Assembly (NCBI GenBank): GCA_015485355.1
Contig: WFTQ01000084.1
Coordinates: 10,104-74,103, forward strand
Length of the DNA stretch: 64,000 bases
Direction of reading: 5' to 3'
Origin: a bacterium
Lineage (GTDB): Bacteria > Calditrichota > Calditrichia > RBG-13-44-9 > J042
Shown here piece by piece: positions 48,220 to 58,365 of this stretch (positions are counted from its first letter, which is position 1; each line of letters starts with the position of its first letter). Both the position numbers and the translations under genes were made by a program. A model generated the notes under the pieces. The model saw only the letters and a program-made list of their open reading frames with translations. It was not told the origin of the DNA and did not search any database.

Positions 48220-49143
48220 TTAGTTAATTTGAGACTTCAATGGTAAAGGGACACCCTCGATGTGAACCAATTCCGTGGTGATGGATCCAATCAACACTTT
48301 CGATTTCATGAGCACCGGAAGCTTGCGCTCGTCATCGGTCAACCAGACCCACAACTTGCCCTTCTGCTTGAAAATGGCCTCCCCTTTTAAACGGGGTTGT
48401 ACTTTAATGCAATCAAAGGTTCCCGCCTTCACCTTAATCCGCTCCTTTTTCTGAATGATCACCTTCAGATCGTATACTTTACGGTTGTCGTGATTGTTCA
48501 TGATCACCGGAACGCCTACTTCCAGGTCCTGGGTGCGCACGTAGTAAAAGGCGGCCAGGACATCCAGTACATACTCGGGAATGGGGATCACAAATTCTTC
48601 CTGATTTTTAATGCGCAACGGCTCGTCGCTATGGTAGCGGATCATTTTTACGTGAGCCTTTCCAAACAGCTGGTCGTAGTTGACAAAGAGGTCGAATTTA
48701 TAACCGCCTTCGCGGAGTTTTTTGGTAAATTGCCAGGAAAAGATACCCCGGGCATCGATAATGCTTTCCACCTCGTCGCGGACTTTAAACACCAGATCAA
48801 AGGTTCTGGTGGAACGCGCGGTGGAAACGATCCGATAGGAAGGGAAACTATCGTTGACCACAATTTTTTCCCGGACCTCCATGGTGGCATAGCCTGCCTT
48901 AATAAAACCATATCGGACAACGAATGTTAACTTTTCGCCCACATCAAAAGCATGATTGGGGACCACTCGATCCAGCTTCCGAGGAAACGCTTCCCTGGAA
49001 TCCAGACGGCTTTCTTCCGCCAGGGTATCGGCCAGGGCCGATAGTGGGATCCATGCTTCCCCTCGGGTGGATTCCCGGGGTAAGAACAGTGTCACCAGCA
49101 ATACGAAAATCGAGCCACCCATCAGCATCATCCGTAGCCCCAT
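48220..49143 (-). CDS. DUF3108-like secreted protein, hypothetical
   Basis: 307 aa with signal peptide. GEKLTFVVRYGFIKAGYATMEV and later beta-rich repeats match the conserved DUF3108 pattern common in Bacteroidota. Confidence 0.55.
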   Translation of the reverse strand: MGLRMMLMGGSIFVLLVTLFLPRESTRGEAWIPLSALADTLAEESRLDSREAFPRKLDRVVPNHAFDVGEKLTFVVRYGFIKAGYATMEVREKIVVNDSFPSYRIVSTARSTRTFDLVFKVRDEVESIIDARGIFSWQFTKKLREGGYKFDLFVNYDQLFGKAHVKMIRYHSDEPLRIKNQEEFVIPIPEYVLDVLAAFYYVRTQDLEVGVPVIMNNHDNRKVYDLKVIIQKKERIKVKAGTFDCIKVQPRLKGEAIFKQKGKLWVWLTDDERKLPVLMKSKVLIGSITTELVHIEGVPLPLKSQIN

Positions 49144-49387
49144 GGACGCTTCCTTATGTTATGATCGCGGTTCAATCCTTTCCGGCCGATGTTTCACGGC
49201 GTCTTCGACCCGTGGAATTTATAAAATTAGAAGGGCGAATCCACCTATTTTCACGAATAGTGATCGGGGCAAGGGTTACCCTCACCGGATCGGGAAACCC
49301 GGAAGGGAAACAAGGGAGGGTTATTCGGGGGACAAGGAAAGTGATCCAGGTAGGCGGTGCCTGGATTTTCCCATCCGGTCAGGCGTT

Positions 49388-50821
49388 TCAGGCGTCCAGA
49401 ATCTGACTTTTGAGTTGCAGCACGGTGCTTTTCAGAATGGGATTGTGGCCGATCTCTTTCTGAATTTTCTTATGGCTGTGCAGAACCGTTGTGTGGTTGC
49501 GATTGCCAAACTGATATCCGATGCGGATTAAAGACTCTCCCGTGATTTCGCGTGCCAGATAGATGGCAATTTGTCTGGCCAGTTGAATTTCCCGCTTTCG
49601 GGAGGAACCAATGAGGACATCCACCGGGAGATTGAAATAATCGGCCACGACTTGTTGAATGAGCTCAATATCAATCCGTTTTTTCCGCATGCCCAGTCCA
49701 TTCAATCCCTGCCATTGAGGATAAATTTGGGCCACAATAAACTTGGCCTGATCGAGATCCAACGGTTTACCGATCAAAGAGATTTGGGCGATAATGCGAA
49801 TCATGGCCGCATTAAGCAGATGCATGTCTGTCGTAAGATTTTCGACCAGGAAATCGACGATTTCCGGGGCGAGTTTCAGGCCATTCTGTTCCAGTTGAAA
49901 ATCGATCACCTTCCGGCGGGATTCCACCGAGGGGTGGATCAAATCGACGATCAGTCCTTTCTGAAAGAAAGAGATCAGCCGGGGATTGAAATTGATCAGG
50001 TTGGCCGGGGGGACATTTACGGTCAGCACAATCTGACGCCGCTTTTTTTCCAGCTCCATCAGGATGTAGAGGAGGCCTTCCTGGGATTTCGGCTTGTTGG
50101 ATAAAATCTGAATATCATCCATTAAAAATAAATCTGCGGAAGTCAGTTTCTTCTTAAAATTATTGATATCAGCATGTTGCAGGGCGTATACGTATTCATT
50201 GAGAAATTTTTCGGCATTAATATACAAAATTCGGGAACGGGGTCGGCGCTCCTGGACATGATTACCGATGGCGTGGAGCAGGTGGCTCTTTCCGGTTCCC
50301 ACCTCGCCATAAATCACCAGGGGGTTAAATTTGACCCGGGTGGTATGATTGGCCACATACTCGGCCGATTTCAGGGCCAGTTCGTTATCGTTGTTGACGA
50401 AAAAATTGCTTAGTCGGCAATGAGTATCCAGTTCACAATCTTCACTGGAGAAGCCGTCCGGTTGGACGGGGCCGCGCTCCTCCGGTTCTTCTTCGACTTC
50501 ATCCAGGGGTTCCTTGTCCCGATGCGAGGGAGCAATCAGAAATTCAAGGCGGGTCCTTAAACCAAACACCTTGCGGACGGTGGATTCCAACAGATGGCCG
50601 TAATGGGTATCGATCCACTCGAAAAAGAACCGGGAGGGCACCCGCAGGATCAGCGTATCGTCCACAAATGAGACGGGTATGATGGGCAGGAACCAGGTTT
50701 GCAGGGTTTGAAGAGACACCTCATTTTTAATCGCTTCCAGGCACCGCTTCCACTGCGTTTGAACCGAAGCATCCGAAGGCGGAAACGCTTCCGAAATCGC
50801 ATTAGCATTGTGTATACTCAT
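49388..50821 (-). CDS. dnaA: chromosomal replication initiator protein DnaA
   Basis: 477 aa. AAA+ Walker A GEVGTGKSHLLHAIGN, Walker B LFLMDDIQ, sensor motifs, and the C-terminal DNA-binding domain (LIGSSRKREIQLARQIAIYLAREIT). Confidence 0.9.
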   Translation of the reverse strand: MSIHNANAISEAFPPSDASVQTQWKRCLEAIKNEVSLQTLQTWFLPIIPVSFVDDTLILRVPSRFFFEWIDTHYGHLLESTVRKVFGLRTRLEFLIAPSHRDKEPLDEVEEEPEERGPVQPDGFSSEDCELDTHCRLSNFFVNNDNELALKSAEYVANHTTRVKFNPLVIYGEVGTGKSHLLHAIGNHVQERRPRSRILYINAEKFLNEYVYALQHADINNFKKKLTSADLFLMDDIQILSNKPKSQEGLLYILMELEKKRRQIVLTVNVPPANLINFNPRLISFFQKGLIVDLIHPSVESRRKVIDFQLEQNGLKLAPEIVDFLVENLTTDMHLLNAAMIRIIAQISLIGKPLDLDQAKFIVAQIYPQWQGLNGLGMRKKRIDIELIQQVVADYFNLPVDVLIGSSRKREIQLARQIAIYLAREITGESLIRIGYQFGNRNHTTVLHSHKKIQKEIGHNPILKSTVLQLKSQILDA

Positions 50822-51146
50822 AATACGTATGCCACCAAAAAATTGTCTATACCATCATCTCATGTTTTTTTCTGGGTTAAAATGAATCAAATATTCAATT
50901 CAGAGTCATCGCCTCGAGCTGCCCAATTATATAAAAGTCCCCCCAAAAAAATCAAACGAGTTGAGAAAAAAATTTTAAAAAAATTAGTTTCACGTTAAAC
51001 ACATTTTCCAGACCAATATTTTACTATGACTTAAGAAGTTTACCCAATTTCCGGGCATAATTTTTTCAATTCATTTGATTTTAAAAGCGGGATTTTTTAA
51101 AATTGTAAGCTTTAAGCTAATGATGCAATCAGCAAAGGAGTGGTCT
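50822..51146. other. AT-rich dnaA-rpmB divergent intergenic region, candidate oriC/DUE
   Basis: 325 bp, markedly AT-rich with poly-A/T tracts, immediately 5' of dnaA. Only degenerate DnaA-box-like 9-mers (e.g. TTTTCCAGA, TTTACCCAA) are visible by eye. Confidence 0.3.
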
Positions 51147-51341
51147 ATGGCCAAGGTCTGTGAAATTTGCGGGAAAAAGCCGATGTTCGGCAACCGTGTC
51201 AGTCACGCCAACAATCGTACCCGGCGGCGCTTTAACCCCAATTTGCAGAAAGTCCGGGCAATAATTCAGGGCCAAACCCGGCGGGTCACCGTTTGCACCC
51301 GCTGCATTCAGGCCGGTAAAGTGCTCAAAGCCGTCCGATAG
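51147..51341 (+). CDS. rpmB: 50S ribosomal protein L28
   Basis: [36 protein letters not shown]...[14 protein letters not shown], canonical L28 with the zinc-ribbon Cys pairs. AAAGGAG SD 7 nt upstream of ATG 51147. Confidence 0.85.
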   Translation: MAKVCEICGKKPMFGNRVSHANNRTRRRFNPNLQKVRAIIQGQTRRVTVCTRCIQAGKVLKAVR

Positions 51342-51370
51342 TTCCGGCTCAACCATCAGCGCTTTTCCTT

Positions 51371-51403
51371 CCCCAATGGCTCTGCAACATTGGGGATTTT
51401 TTA
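51371..51403 (+). terminator. rho-independent terminator after rpmB
   Basis: CCCCAATG-gctctgcaa-CATTGGGG followed by ATTTTTTATT. Confidence 0.55.
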
Positions 51404-51485
51404 TTGCCCAAGCCTGTGAAAAGACTTTTTCCTCCCTCCTCCGCGCGGCAGGGAAGTCCCCCCCTCCGGAGACCCGCCCTTGCAA

Positions 51486-52766
51486 TTAATTAAACTCCTC
51501 GTTATAAAACGAAGGATGCAGGTAATAGTCTCCAAATCCGGTGCGATCGATAAATAAAAAGACTTTCCGCAACTGGTAATATCGCCATATTTCGTAGGGA
51601 TAGCTATCGATTTCAAAGGGGTGACGTTCGATGTCATCGGGTTCCCCGAATTTAATAAAGATGCGCCCACGATCGGTCAACCAGCCGGCCTGCGTCATGG
51701 TCGAAAAATTCTGGTTGGCAAAGTTCACCCGCCGGTAATATTCATCCATCAGCTCGTTCTTTTCGGTCTCCGGATTGGGGTCCATCTCTTCCCAAAAGCG
51801 CTCGAAAAAAACTTTCTTTTCCCGGTAGGTCCGCTTCAATACGCGACGAATGGAATCTTCCTCGAAAATATAGACCAGCTGTTCAATCGCCATATCCAGA
51901 TCCCGGGGGGATTGGGGTGTAACCGTCCAGAAAAACGAGAAAATTTGGTTTAACTGAAATTTCTTATCCCCCCTTACAGCCTCCAAGTATAAAGAATATT
52001 TGTTCCGATCAAACTGGTAGCGGTTTAGCCGAATAAAATGTTCCTGAAAGGGGGGTTCACCGAATACCAGGTACTGATTGCGTAAATCCAGGCGCCCTTC
52101 TTCGTCGTATACCCGGTAATCGATCCGCAAAGTGTCTTGCGGATTTTCCACAAAGGTGTTGAAGAAGAAGTAGATATCCTTTTCGTCCCCGGAGTAGTTG
52201 CGCGTCAGATTGGGTTCGTAACCGACGATGCGCCCTGTGCTGTCCCGAACGACCCTGTTTAAAAACAGAACATTGCTTATCATAAACTGATATTTTCGAT
52301 AATCGGGCATTTTAAAATGAATTTTCCGGTTAACCTGCTTATTGGTGTTTTTATCCAATACCGTGATCACGGCCTCATATTCCCCGCTTTCAATGGGTAT
52401 GTCGATGGTAAAAGTATTCATGGTGGTCCGGGAATTGGTTTCCTCAAAGGAGCCCACCCAGAGCCGTTTCTGTATCGAGCGGTTGAAAAACACCTCTTTG
52501 CCGGCATCCATCACATAAACTTCCAGTTGAATTTCCGCCGTGTATCCGGTATCCGCCTGGATAAAGGTGATGTCGTCGTTCACCATCTGAATGAACACCC
52601 GAACCAGCGTTTGCTGACCGTCGGTGGTAAAGGTGGGAAAGACTTCGGCACTAAAATAGGGCAATCCGATACCGCTCAGCTGGGGCGTGGCCATATATTG
52701 TGCGTGGGCCGTCGGGATTCCAAACCGGACAATGCAGAGCAAGAAAATGGCCCAACGAAACCTCAT
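51486..52766 (-). CDS. GWxTD domain-containing secreted protein
   Basis: 426 aa with signal peptide. C-terminal AGWLTDRGRIFIKFGEPDDIERHP matches the GWxTDrG...yG.PD signature of the GWxTD domain found in the FCB group. Confidence 0.7.
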   Translation of the reverse strand: MRFRWAIFLLCIVRFGIPTAHAQYMATPQLSGIGLPYFSAEVFPTFTTDGQQTLVRVFIQMVNDDITFIQADTGYTAEIQLEVYVMDAGKEVFFNRSIQKRLWVGSFEETNSRTTMNTFTIDIPIESGEYEAVITVLDKNTNKQVNRKIHFKMPDYRKYQFMISNVLFLNRVVRDSTGRIVGYEPNLTRNYSGDEKDIYFFFNTFVENPQDTLRIDYRVYDEEGRLDLRNQYLVFGEPPFQEHFIRLNRYQFDRNKYSLYLEAVRGDKKFQLNQIFSFFWTVTPQSPRDLDMAIEQLVYIFEEDSIRRVLKRTYREKKVFFERFWEEMDPNPETEKNELMDEYYRRVNFANQNFSTMTQAGWLTDRGRIFIKFGEPDDIERHPFEIDSYPYEIWRYYQLRKVFLFIDRTGFGDYYLHPSFYNEEFN

Positions 52767-52771
52767 GGTCC

Positions 52772-54103
52772 CTAACCCCCTTGCACCCGTCCATACAATT
52801 CGTATTCCGAGGCATCCACCACCCGGACCGACCGAATTTGTCCTGGCAGGAGGTCGTCCGGGATGTCCTCCAGGATGACCTCGTTATCGATCTCCGGGGA
52901 GTCCCCCGGGGTTCGTCCAAAAGCAATTCGCTGCGTGGCATCGGTTTCATCGATCATGACGGTCACTTTCCGTCCCATCCATTCCCTGTTTTTTCTAAGG
53001 GAAATCTCCCGCTGAAGTTCCATAATTTCCCGATAGCGGGCTTCTTTTCGCTCTTCCGGCAAATCCTCCATGGCATAAGCAGCCGTATGGTCTTCGTGGG
53101 AATAGGTGAAAACGCCCAGTCGCTCAAATTGCATCTCCTGAACAAAGTCCTTCAATGCCTGAAAATCGGCTTCGGTTTCTCCGGGATGGCCCACAATGAG
53201 GGTGGTCCGCAATGTCACCCCGGGAATACGCCGGCGCACTTGAGAAAAAATCGCTCGAATGCGGCCGGCACTCCCCCCCCGGCGCATAATCCGCAACATC
53301 CGATCGGTTATATGCTGCACAGGCATGTCCAGATAAGGCACGATCCGACCGCTGTGGGCCATTTGATCGATCAACGCCTCCTGTACGGTGGTGGGATATA
53401 AATAGTGAAGGCGTATCCACTCCACGCCCGGAATCTGTTCCAGCGCTTTGAGCAGATCCACAATCCTCTGTTCTTTGTATAAATCCATGCCATAAAAGGA
53501 GGTGTCCTGGGCAACCAGAATAATCTCCTTAACGCCTTGCTCGGCCAGCATCCGTGCTTCGGACACGATCTGAGATATGGGACGGCTGCGATAGCGTCCC
53601 CGAATCCGGGGAATGGCGCAAAAGGAACAGGTATGGTTGCATCCCTCGGATATTTTCAAATATGCATAATGGCCCCGGGTGGTCAGGTAACGCCGTTCAA
53701 ACAGATGTTCCGGGGTCAACTCATGAGCCACATTCAAAAATTTAAGAATATTCTGGTAATCCTCGGTACCAAAAAACGCATCAACCGCCGGCAATTCTTT
53801 CCGCAACTCTCCGGCATATCGCTGAACCAAACAGCCGCACACCACGATCTTTTTCGAGGGATCCTCCTGCTTTAATCGTTCGGCCTCTAAGATGGCATCC
53901 ACCGATTCCTGTTTGGCCAGATGGATGAAACCGCAGGTATTGATAATGAGGACATCGGCCTCTTCGGGGTCGTCGACCAGCCGGGCCTTATGGGCCTTCA
54001 ATTGACCCAACAAGATTTCCGAATCGTACACATTCTTGGAACAACCCAGGGTAGTGACATGAATGCGGGGGGGGCTTTTGGTTTTTCCGGTTCCTGTGCT
54101 CAT
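52772..54103 (-). CDS. rimO: ribosomal protein S12 methylthiotransferase RimO
   Basis: Start trimmed to ATG 54103 (444 aa). MTTase N-domain Cys (TLGCSKNVYDSE, INTCGFI), radical SAM YAYLKISEGCNHTCSFCAIPRIRG (near-identical in pattern to E. coli RimO) and a C-terminal TRAM domain. Confidence 0.88.
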   Translation of the reverse strand: MSTGTGKTKSPPRIHVTTLGCSKNVYDSEILLGQLKAHKARLVDDPEEADVLIINTCGFIHLAKQESVDAILEAERLKQEDPSKKIVVCGCLVQRYAGELRKELPAVDAFFGTEDYQNILKFLNVAHELTPEHLFERRYLTTRGHYAYLKISEGCNHTCSFCAIPRIRGRYRSRPISQIVSEARMLAEQGVKEIILVAQDTSFYGMDLYKEQRIVDLLKALEQIPGVEWIRLHYLYPTTVQEALIDQMAHSGRIVPYLDMPVQHITDRMLRIMRRGGSAGRIRAIFSQVRRRIPGVTLRTTLIVGHPGETEADFQALKDFVQEMQFERLGVFTYSHEDHTAAYAMEDLPEERKEARYREIMELQREISLRKNREWMGRKVTVMIDETDATQRIAFGRTPGDSPEIDNEVILEDIPDDLLPGQIRSVRVVDASEYELYGRVQGG

Positions 54104-54107
54104 CGGT

Positions 54108-55046
54108 TTAACGATTCTCCGAAACGGTTTGGTCTTCAAACAATCCCTCCACAAACGTCTGGGGATGGAAGACCTCCAGGTCTTCCATCTGCTCGCCCAG
54201 TCCCACATATTTAATGGGAATCCCCAACTGATGGGCAATGCCAATGACGCTCCCCCCTTTTGCCGTACCATCCAGTTTGGTAAGAACGATCCCGGTAACG
54301 CCCACGGCCTCCACAAAATTACGGGCCTGATTGAGTGCGTTTTGTCCCACCGTGCCATCCAGCACCAACAGGACTTCGTGGGGGGCCTGGGGCAGCACCT
54401 TTTGAATCACCCGTTTGATTTTCTTCAATTCTTCCATCAGATTGACTTTGGTGTGCAACCTTCCGGCGGTATCCAGAATGGCTACATCCATGCCCCGGGC
54501 CACGGCGGCCTGGACGGTATCGTAGGCCACGGCTCCCGGGTCCGATCCGCTGTGATGTTTAATCACATCGGCACCCAGACGCTCCGCCCAGACGCCCAAT
54601 TGTTCGATTGCCGCCGCCCGAAAAGTATCCGCCGCTCCAAGCAAAACCTTCTTGCCCCGCTGTTGATATCGATAGGTCAACTTGGCGATGGAAGTGGTTT
54701 TGCCCGTACCGTTGACGCCCACAACAAGAATCACAAAGGGTTTTTCCGGAAGTTGTTCTTCCCAAACTTTCATGGGCGGAAAAAACCGAACGATTTCCGC
54801 TTTTAGAAGGCGAAGCAATTGCCGCGGGTCTTCACACCGTTCTTTTCTGACCCTTTGTTGCACCCGTTCCAGGAGGGTTAACGTGGTATCGAACCCGACA
54901 TCTCCGGTGATGAGAATCTCCTCAATCTCTTCCAGCAACTCATCGTCAATGCGGGTCCGCGTCGCAATGATCTGGGAGAGGCGGTCAAACACCTGGCTTT
55001 TGGTGCGTGCAAGGCCCTGTCGCAATTTATGGAAAAACGCCGCCAT
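54108..55046 (-). CDS. ftsY: signal recognition particle receptor FtsY
   Basis: 312 aa: NG domain with GVNGTGKTTSIAKL (G1), DTAGR (G3), TKLDG (G4). Short form lacking the acidic A-domain. Confidence 0.9.
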   Translation of the reverse strand: MAAFFHKLRQGLARTKSQVFDRLSQIIATRTRIDDELLEEIEEILITGDVGFDTTLTLLERVQQRVRKERCEDPRQLLRLLKAEIVRFFPPMKVWEEQLPEKPFVILVVGVNGTGKTTSIAKLTYRYQQRGKKVLLGAADTFRAAAIEQLGVWAERLGADVIKHHSGSDPGAVAYDTVQAAVARGMDVAILDTAGRLHTKVNLMEELKKIKRVIQKVLPQAPHEVLLVLDGTVGQNALNQARNFVEAVGVTGIVLTKLDGTAKGGSVIGIAHQLGIPIKYVGLGEQMEDLEVFHPQTFVEGLFEDQTVSENR

Positions 55047-55127
55047 GCTGCTTTACTCCTTTCTCGCGAATATGTTCTCTACTCATCCCCGTTTCTTCAA
55101 CTCATAAATATACACCCAAAGCTTCCT

Positions 55128-56318
55128 TTAATCCACCTCTGACGTAGATCGTCGGAAGATCAAATGGCCCACCAACACACTGAGGATGACCACAAAAACG
55201 GCGGCAATAAACACTTCCGCCGATAGAATCCGCTGACGGTATCCCAGCCAGAGGATGATCAAGGTCAGTTCCCCCCTGGGAAAAGTCCCCAGCACCAGGA
55301 ACAAAAGGTGCTGTTTCCGATACCGGACGTAAGCCCCGAAAGCAATCGCCAGCACAATAAGGGCCGCCATCAGGAGGTTAAAGTCCTTCCACACGTGATA
55401 GGAGTGTTGAAAGGCCGTCACGGCGGTGCGCCCCATATCGGTAAACGGAATCAGGAAAAAAAAGGAACCCATCTGCAACAACCGTTGCCGCTGAAATTTT
55501 TCCACCGAAGGGATCATACTCTTTAAAAACAACCCGGCCCAGAAACCGATAAACATGAGGGATAACCCCGTGTTATAGGCCAGATTGAGGGAGATAAAAA
55601 AGATGCCCATGGCCAGAAATAAAAGGCTGTTGGTAGCCGGTTGGGAACGCCGAGACAGATAAAAGGAGAAGCGACGCCGCAGGAAAATGGGGAGCGAAAA
55701 CAGCAGAAACAACAGCAGGTAGATCAGATCCAGTATGGTAAAACTTCGGTGCAGATTTTGTTTAATGGTGTCGATGGCCGCCATGGCAATAATGGCAACA
55801 ATGTCCAGGGAGAGGGCGATTTGCAGCAAATTGGTGGTCTGTTTTTTTAATATTCCGCTCTCCGAAAGATAGCTCCGGGCCACCGCCCCGATGTTAATAC
55901 TAAGAAAAGCGGTGGTTAAAAAAAGGGCGGCCCACCAGTCGTGGTCGGTAATAACGAAAAACGACGCCGTGCCGAAAATCAGTATTGTCAGGGCGGCCAG
56001 AACCGTGCTAAACGTCAGATTGTCCCCCTCCACCCAGCGAAAAAATCGGGGATCGAAATTCAGCCCGATGAGAATTAAAAACACCAGGACCCCAATGTGG
56101 TTGGCAAACAGCAGGAACACATTGTTGTCGTTAAACACCCGGTTCAATACCTGGGGATAATCGGATAATAGCACCAGCAGAGACCCGAACAGGGCTCCGG
56201 TAATCAGATAGGCCAAAAAATCGGGCAATCGCAATCTTCGGATTAAAGCCAGGGTAAAAGCACTGAGTGCATAGACAAACGCCAGGTAAACAAAAAACTG
56301 CCCAACCAGTTCTTTCAT
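55128..56318 (-). CDS. polytopic membrane protein, cation:proton antiporter-like (CPA/NhaP-type) hypothetical
   Basis: 396 aa with about 11-12 TM helices, resembling a Na+/H+ exchanger topology. No sharply diagnostic motif recognised. Confidence 0.4.
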   Translation of the reverse strand: MKELVGQFFVYLAFVYALSAFTLALIRRLRLPDFLAYLITGALFGSLLVLLSDYPQVLNRVFNDNNVFLLFANHIGVLVFLILIGLNFDPRFFRWVEGDNLTFSTVLAALTILIFGTASFFVITDHDWWAALFLTTAFLSINIGAVARSYLSESGILKKQTTNLLQIALSLDIVAIIAMAAIDTIKQNLHRSFTILDLIYLLLFLLFSLPIFLRRRFSFYLSRRSQPATNSLLFLAMGIFFISLNLAYNTGLSLMFIGFWAGLFLKSMIPSVEKFQRQRLLQMGSFFFLIPFTDMGRTAVTAFQHSYHVWKDFNLLMAALIVLAIAFGAYVRYRKQHLLFLVLGTFPRGELTLIILWLGYRQRILSAEVFIAAVFVVILSVLVGHLIFRRSTSEVD

Positions 56319-56327
56319 ATTCCCCCT

Positions 56328-57341
56328 TCACTGTCCTTTAAAATTCGGATAATCAAAACGAAATCGCTTTCGGTAATAAAAGCGGGTAAAGTAAAAACCG
56401 ACCAATGCGATCAGGAAAAACATCGGAAACTTCAGAGAAACCAGCAGCACAAAGAAAAATATACCCATCTTCACCGTTACAATAGCCCGGCTGATCGCGG
56501 GGAAGAGCGTAAGATACAGGGCAAACGGTAAAGTACCGAGTGCGATCAGTACGATGAGATCGTCCCGGAGCAAAATGCCACCTATCAGCGCCAAAGCAAT
56601 AAAAGCGGTGCTCAAATAAACGGTTGTGCGGAAACCATAACGGACCGGAAAGGTGATTTTTCTGGCGGCGGCATCTCCTTCGCGATCGGGCAGGGTGGTC
56701 AGGAAATACAAGCCGGTGTTGAAGGCCAGATAGTTCAGAGAGAACAGCAAAAATTCGACGCTCACAGGGCGATGCAATTGCCACCCCAGGGCAAAAGCCA
56801 ACCATCCCATTCCCATATTTGCCCAAAGTCCCCATAAAGGGCGATTCTTAAATTCGAAAGGGGCGTAATTGTAAAAATAGCCGGTGATGAGCACAAACAT
56901 GGCCAGCCACATGGCAAAGGCAGCGTTTATGAGCATTCCTAACAAGATGCTCAGCGCACAGGTAAAAAAGGCCTGGATCATCCCATGAACGAGGGGGATG
57001 TGCCCATCGCCCAACAGAAACAGTTTCCGGTTTTGTCGATCGGAATCCACATCCCGAAGTTGATTGAAAATGAAGCTCCCCCCCATGGCCAGGGCAAACG
57101 CAAGCATGGCCAGCCACACGGGATACCCCAGCGAATAGTATTGAAATTCCTTGCCTACTTGCGGCAGCAAGAGGGGAAACCGGTTGCGGGCCAACAGACT
57201 ACCGGCCAGGAGGGTCGCCCAACCCGGAAAAAAAAGCATCGGGCGCATAAGGAAAAAATAATCCAAATATCGGAACCACCGGAGCCGCTCTTTGGCCGAC
57301 AACGCCATGGCAGCCGGCTTATTGGGGAACTCTTTCCTCAC
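56328..57341 (-). CDS. UbiA-family aromatic prenyltransferase
   Basis: 337 aa, about 8-9 TM. First Asp-rich motif FNQLRDVDSDRQNRK (NxxxDxxxD) and a second D-rich region (LPDREGDAAA) typical of UbiA/MenA-type prenyltransferases. Confidence 0.7.
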   Translation of the reverse strand: MRKEFPNKPAAMALSAKERLRWFRYLDYFFLMRPMLFFPGWATLLAGSLLARNRFPLLLPQVGKEFQYYSLGYPVWLAMLAFALAMGGSFIFNQLRDVDSDRQNRKLFLLGDGHIPLVHGMIQAFFTCALSILLGMLINAAFAMWLAMFVLITGYFYNYAPFEFKNRPLWGLWANMGMGWLAFALGWQLHRPVSVEFLLFSLNYLAFNTGLYFLTTLPDREGDAAARKITFPVRYGFRTTVYLSTAFIALALIGGILLRDDLIVLIALGTLPFALYLTLFPAISRAIVTVKMGIFFFVLLVSLKFPMFFLIALVGFYFTRFYYRKRFRFDYPNFKGQ

Positions 57342-57353
57342 GCTTTCCCTGAA

Positions 57354-57815
57354 TTATTGGTTTAACAAGACAATGGCCACCCCGATCCCTCCCAGATTCG
57401 CCAGTAGATCCTTCCAGCAAAAATGATTTCCCGGTTGACGCCGATCCCGCATTTCTTTTATCAGGCCCAGGCTCAGGGACACCCCGACGCCGATCCTTCG
57501 GCTGCGTCGGTCCGATACGCCAAATTCCTGATGCAGCGCGCGAGCAGTAAAAACGGTCAGCATTAAACTGCCTAAGAAATGCTTTCCCTTGTCCGGGGCC
57601 AGCCAGGCATCCGCAACCCCCATGGGCCTCACCGTGTCCGCCCGGACGGCGATTTGCTTGACCATGCTCCCCCCACTACCCGCAGGTTGCGCCCACCCCA
57701 TACCCGCAAACAGCAACACCATCATGCCCGCCCACCATCCGAATGCCCCGGGGGAAAAATCCGCCCTTTTTGTATCGCGATGCCGGTCCCATAACGCGCA
57801 CATATGCCTTCCCAT
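57354..57815 (-). CDS. DUF2279 (YfiM-like) protein, hypothetical
   Basis: DKGKHFLGSLMLT...GLIKEMRDRRQPGNHFCWKDLLANLGGIGVA matches the DUF2279 lipoprotein pattern (DKxxHf...KEi.D.....fSwkDLvAN..G). Confidence 0.5.
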   Translation of the reverse strand: MGRHMCALWDRHRDTKRADFSPGAFGWWAGMMVLLFAGMGWAQPAGSGGSMVKQIAVRADTVRPMGVADAWLAPDKGKHFLGSLMLTVFTARALHQEFGVSDRRSRRIGVGVSLSLGLIKEMRDRRQPGNHFCWKDLLANLGGIGVAIVLLNQ

Positions 57816-57851
57816 TGCCGGGTTGTTTCAGCCGTTGGTAAATCCTGTGAT

Positions 57852-58343
57852 CTAAAATCGAATAACCAGTTGTACGCCAGGCACCGCCCACCCTCCGTCA
57901 CCCGATGGCCAGTACCGACCCGATATCTCCATCGCCGTGTCGAATTCGAACAAATAGGCATCCACGTAAGCATCCACCAGGGTCAATATGTAGGCTAATC
58001 CCCAATACCAGGTAAACGTATTTCGTTTATCCTGGAAGGCCCGATTTCGGGTCTTGCGCCATTGGTTGTGGTAATAAAACACCCGCTGTATCAGTACTGC
58101 ATTGACACCCAACACCAGGACACCCTTGGCGTACTGTTCATTATAAAACTGACCCCATCCGGGAATCACGGCCGATCGCAGCAGGGCACCCATTGGAGAT
58201 TTTAAAGGTCGATCGCTCAGCAACCGCATGGTATCGATGGCCGCGGTATCTCCCTCGGTGAATGGTCCTGCTTCCGCCCGGGACCATTGGAAGCCGCCTG
58301 ACCCAAGCAGACCGCATAAAATTACAACGAGCATCCCATGCAT
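57852..58343 (-). CDS. DUF5683-like protein, hypothetical
   Basis: 163 aa with signal peptide. LRSAVIPGWGQFYNEQYAKG is the conserved core of DUF5683, a Bacteroidota-type family. Confidence 0.5.
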   Translation of the reverse strand: MHGMLVVILCGLLGSGGFQWSRAEAGPFTEGDTAAIDTMRLLSDRPLKSPMGALLRSAVIPGWGQFYNEQYAKGVLVLGVNAVLIQRVFYYHNQWRKTRNRAFQDKRNTFTWYWGLAYILTLVDAYVDAYLFEFDTAMEISGRYWPSGDGGWAVPGVQLVIRF

Positions 58344-58365
58344 TCAATCTTCCCAAAAGACAGGG

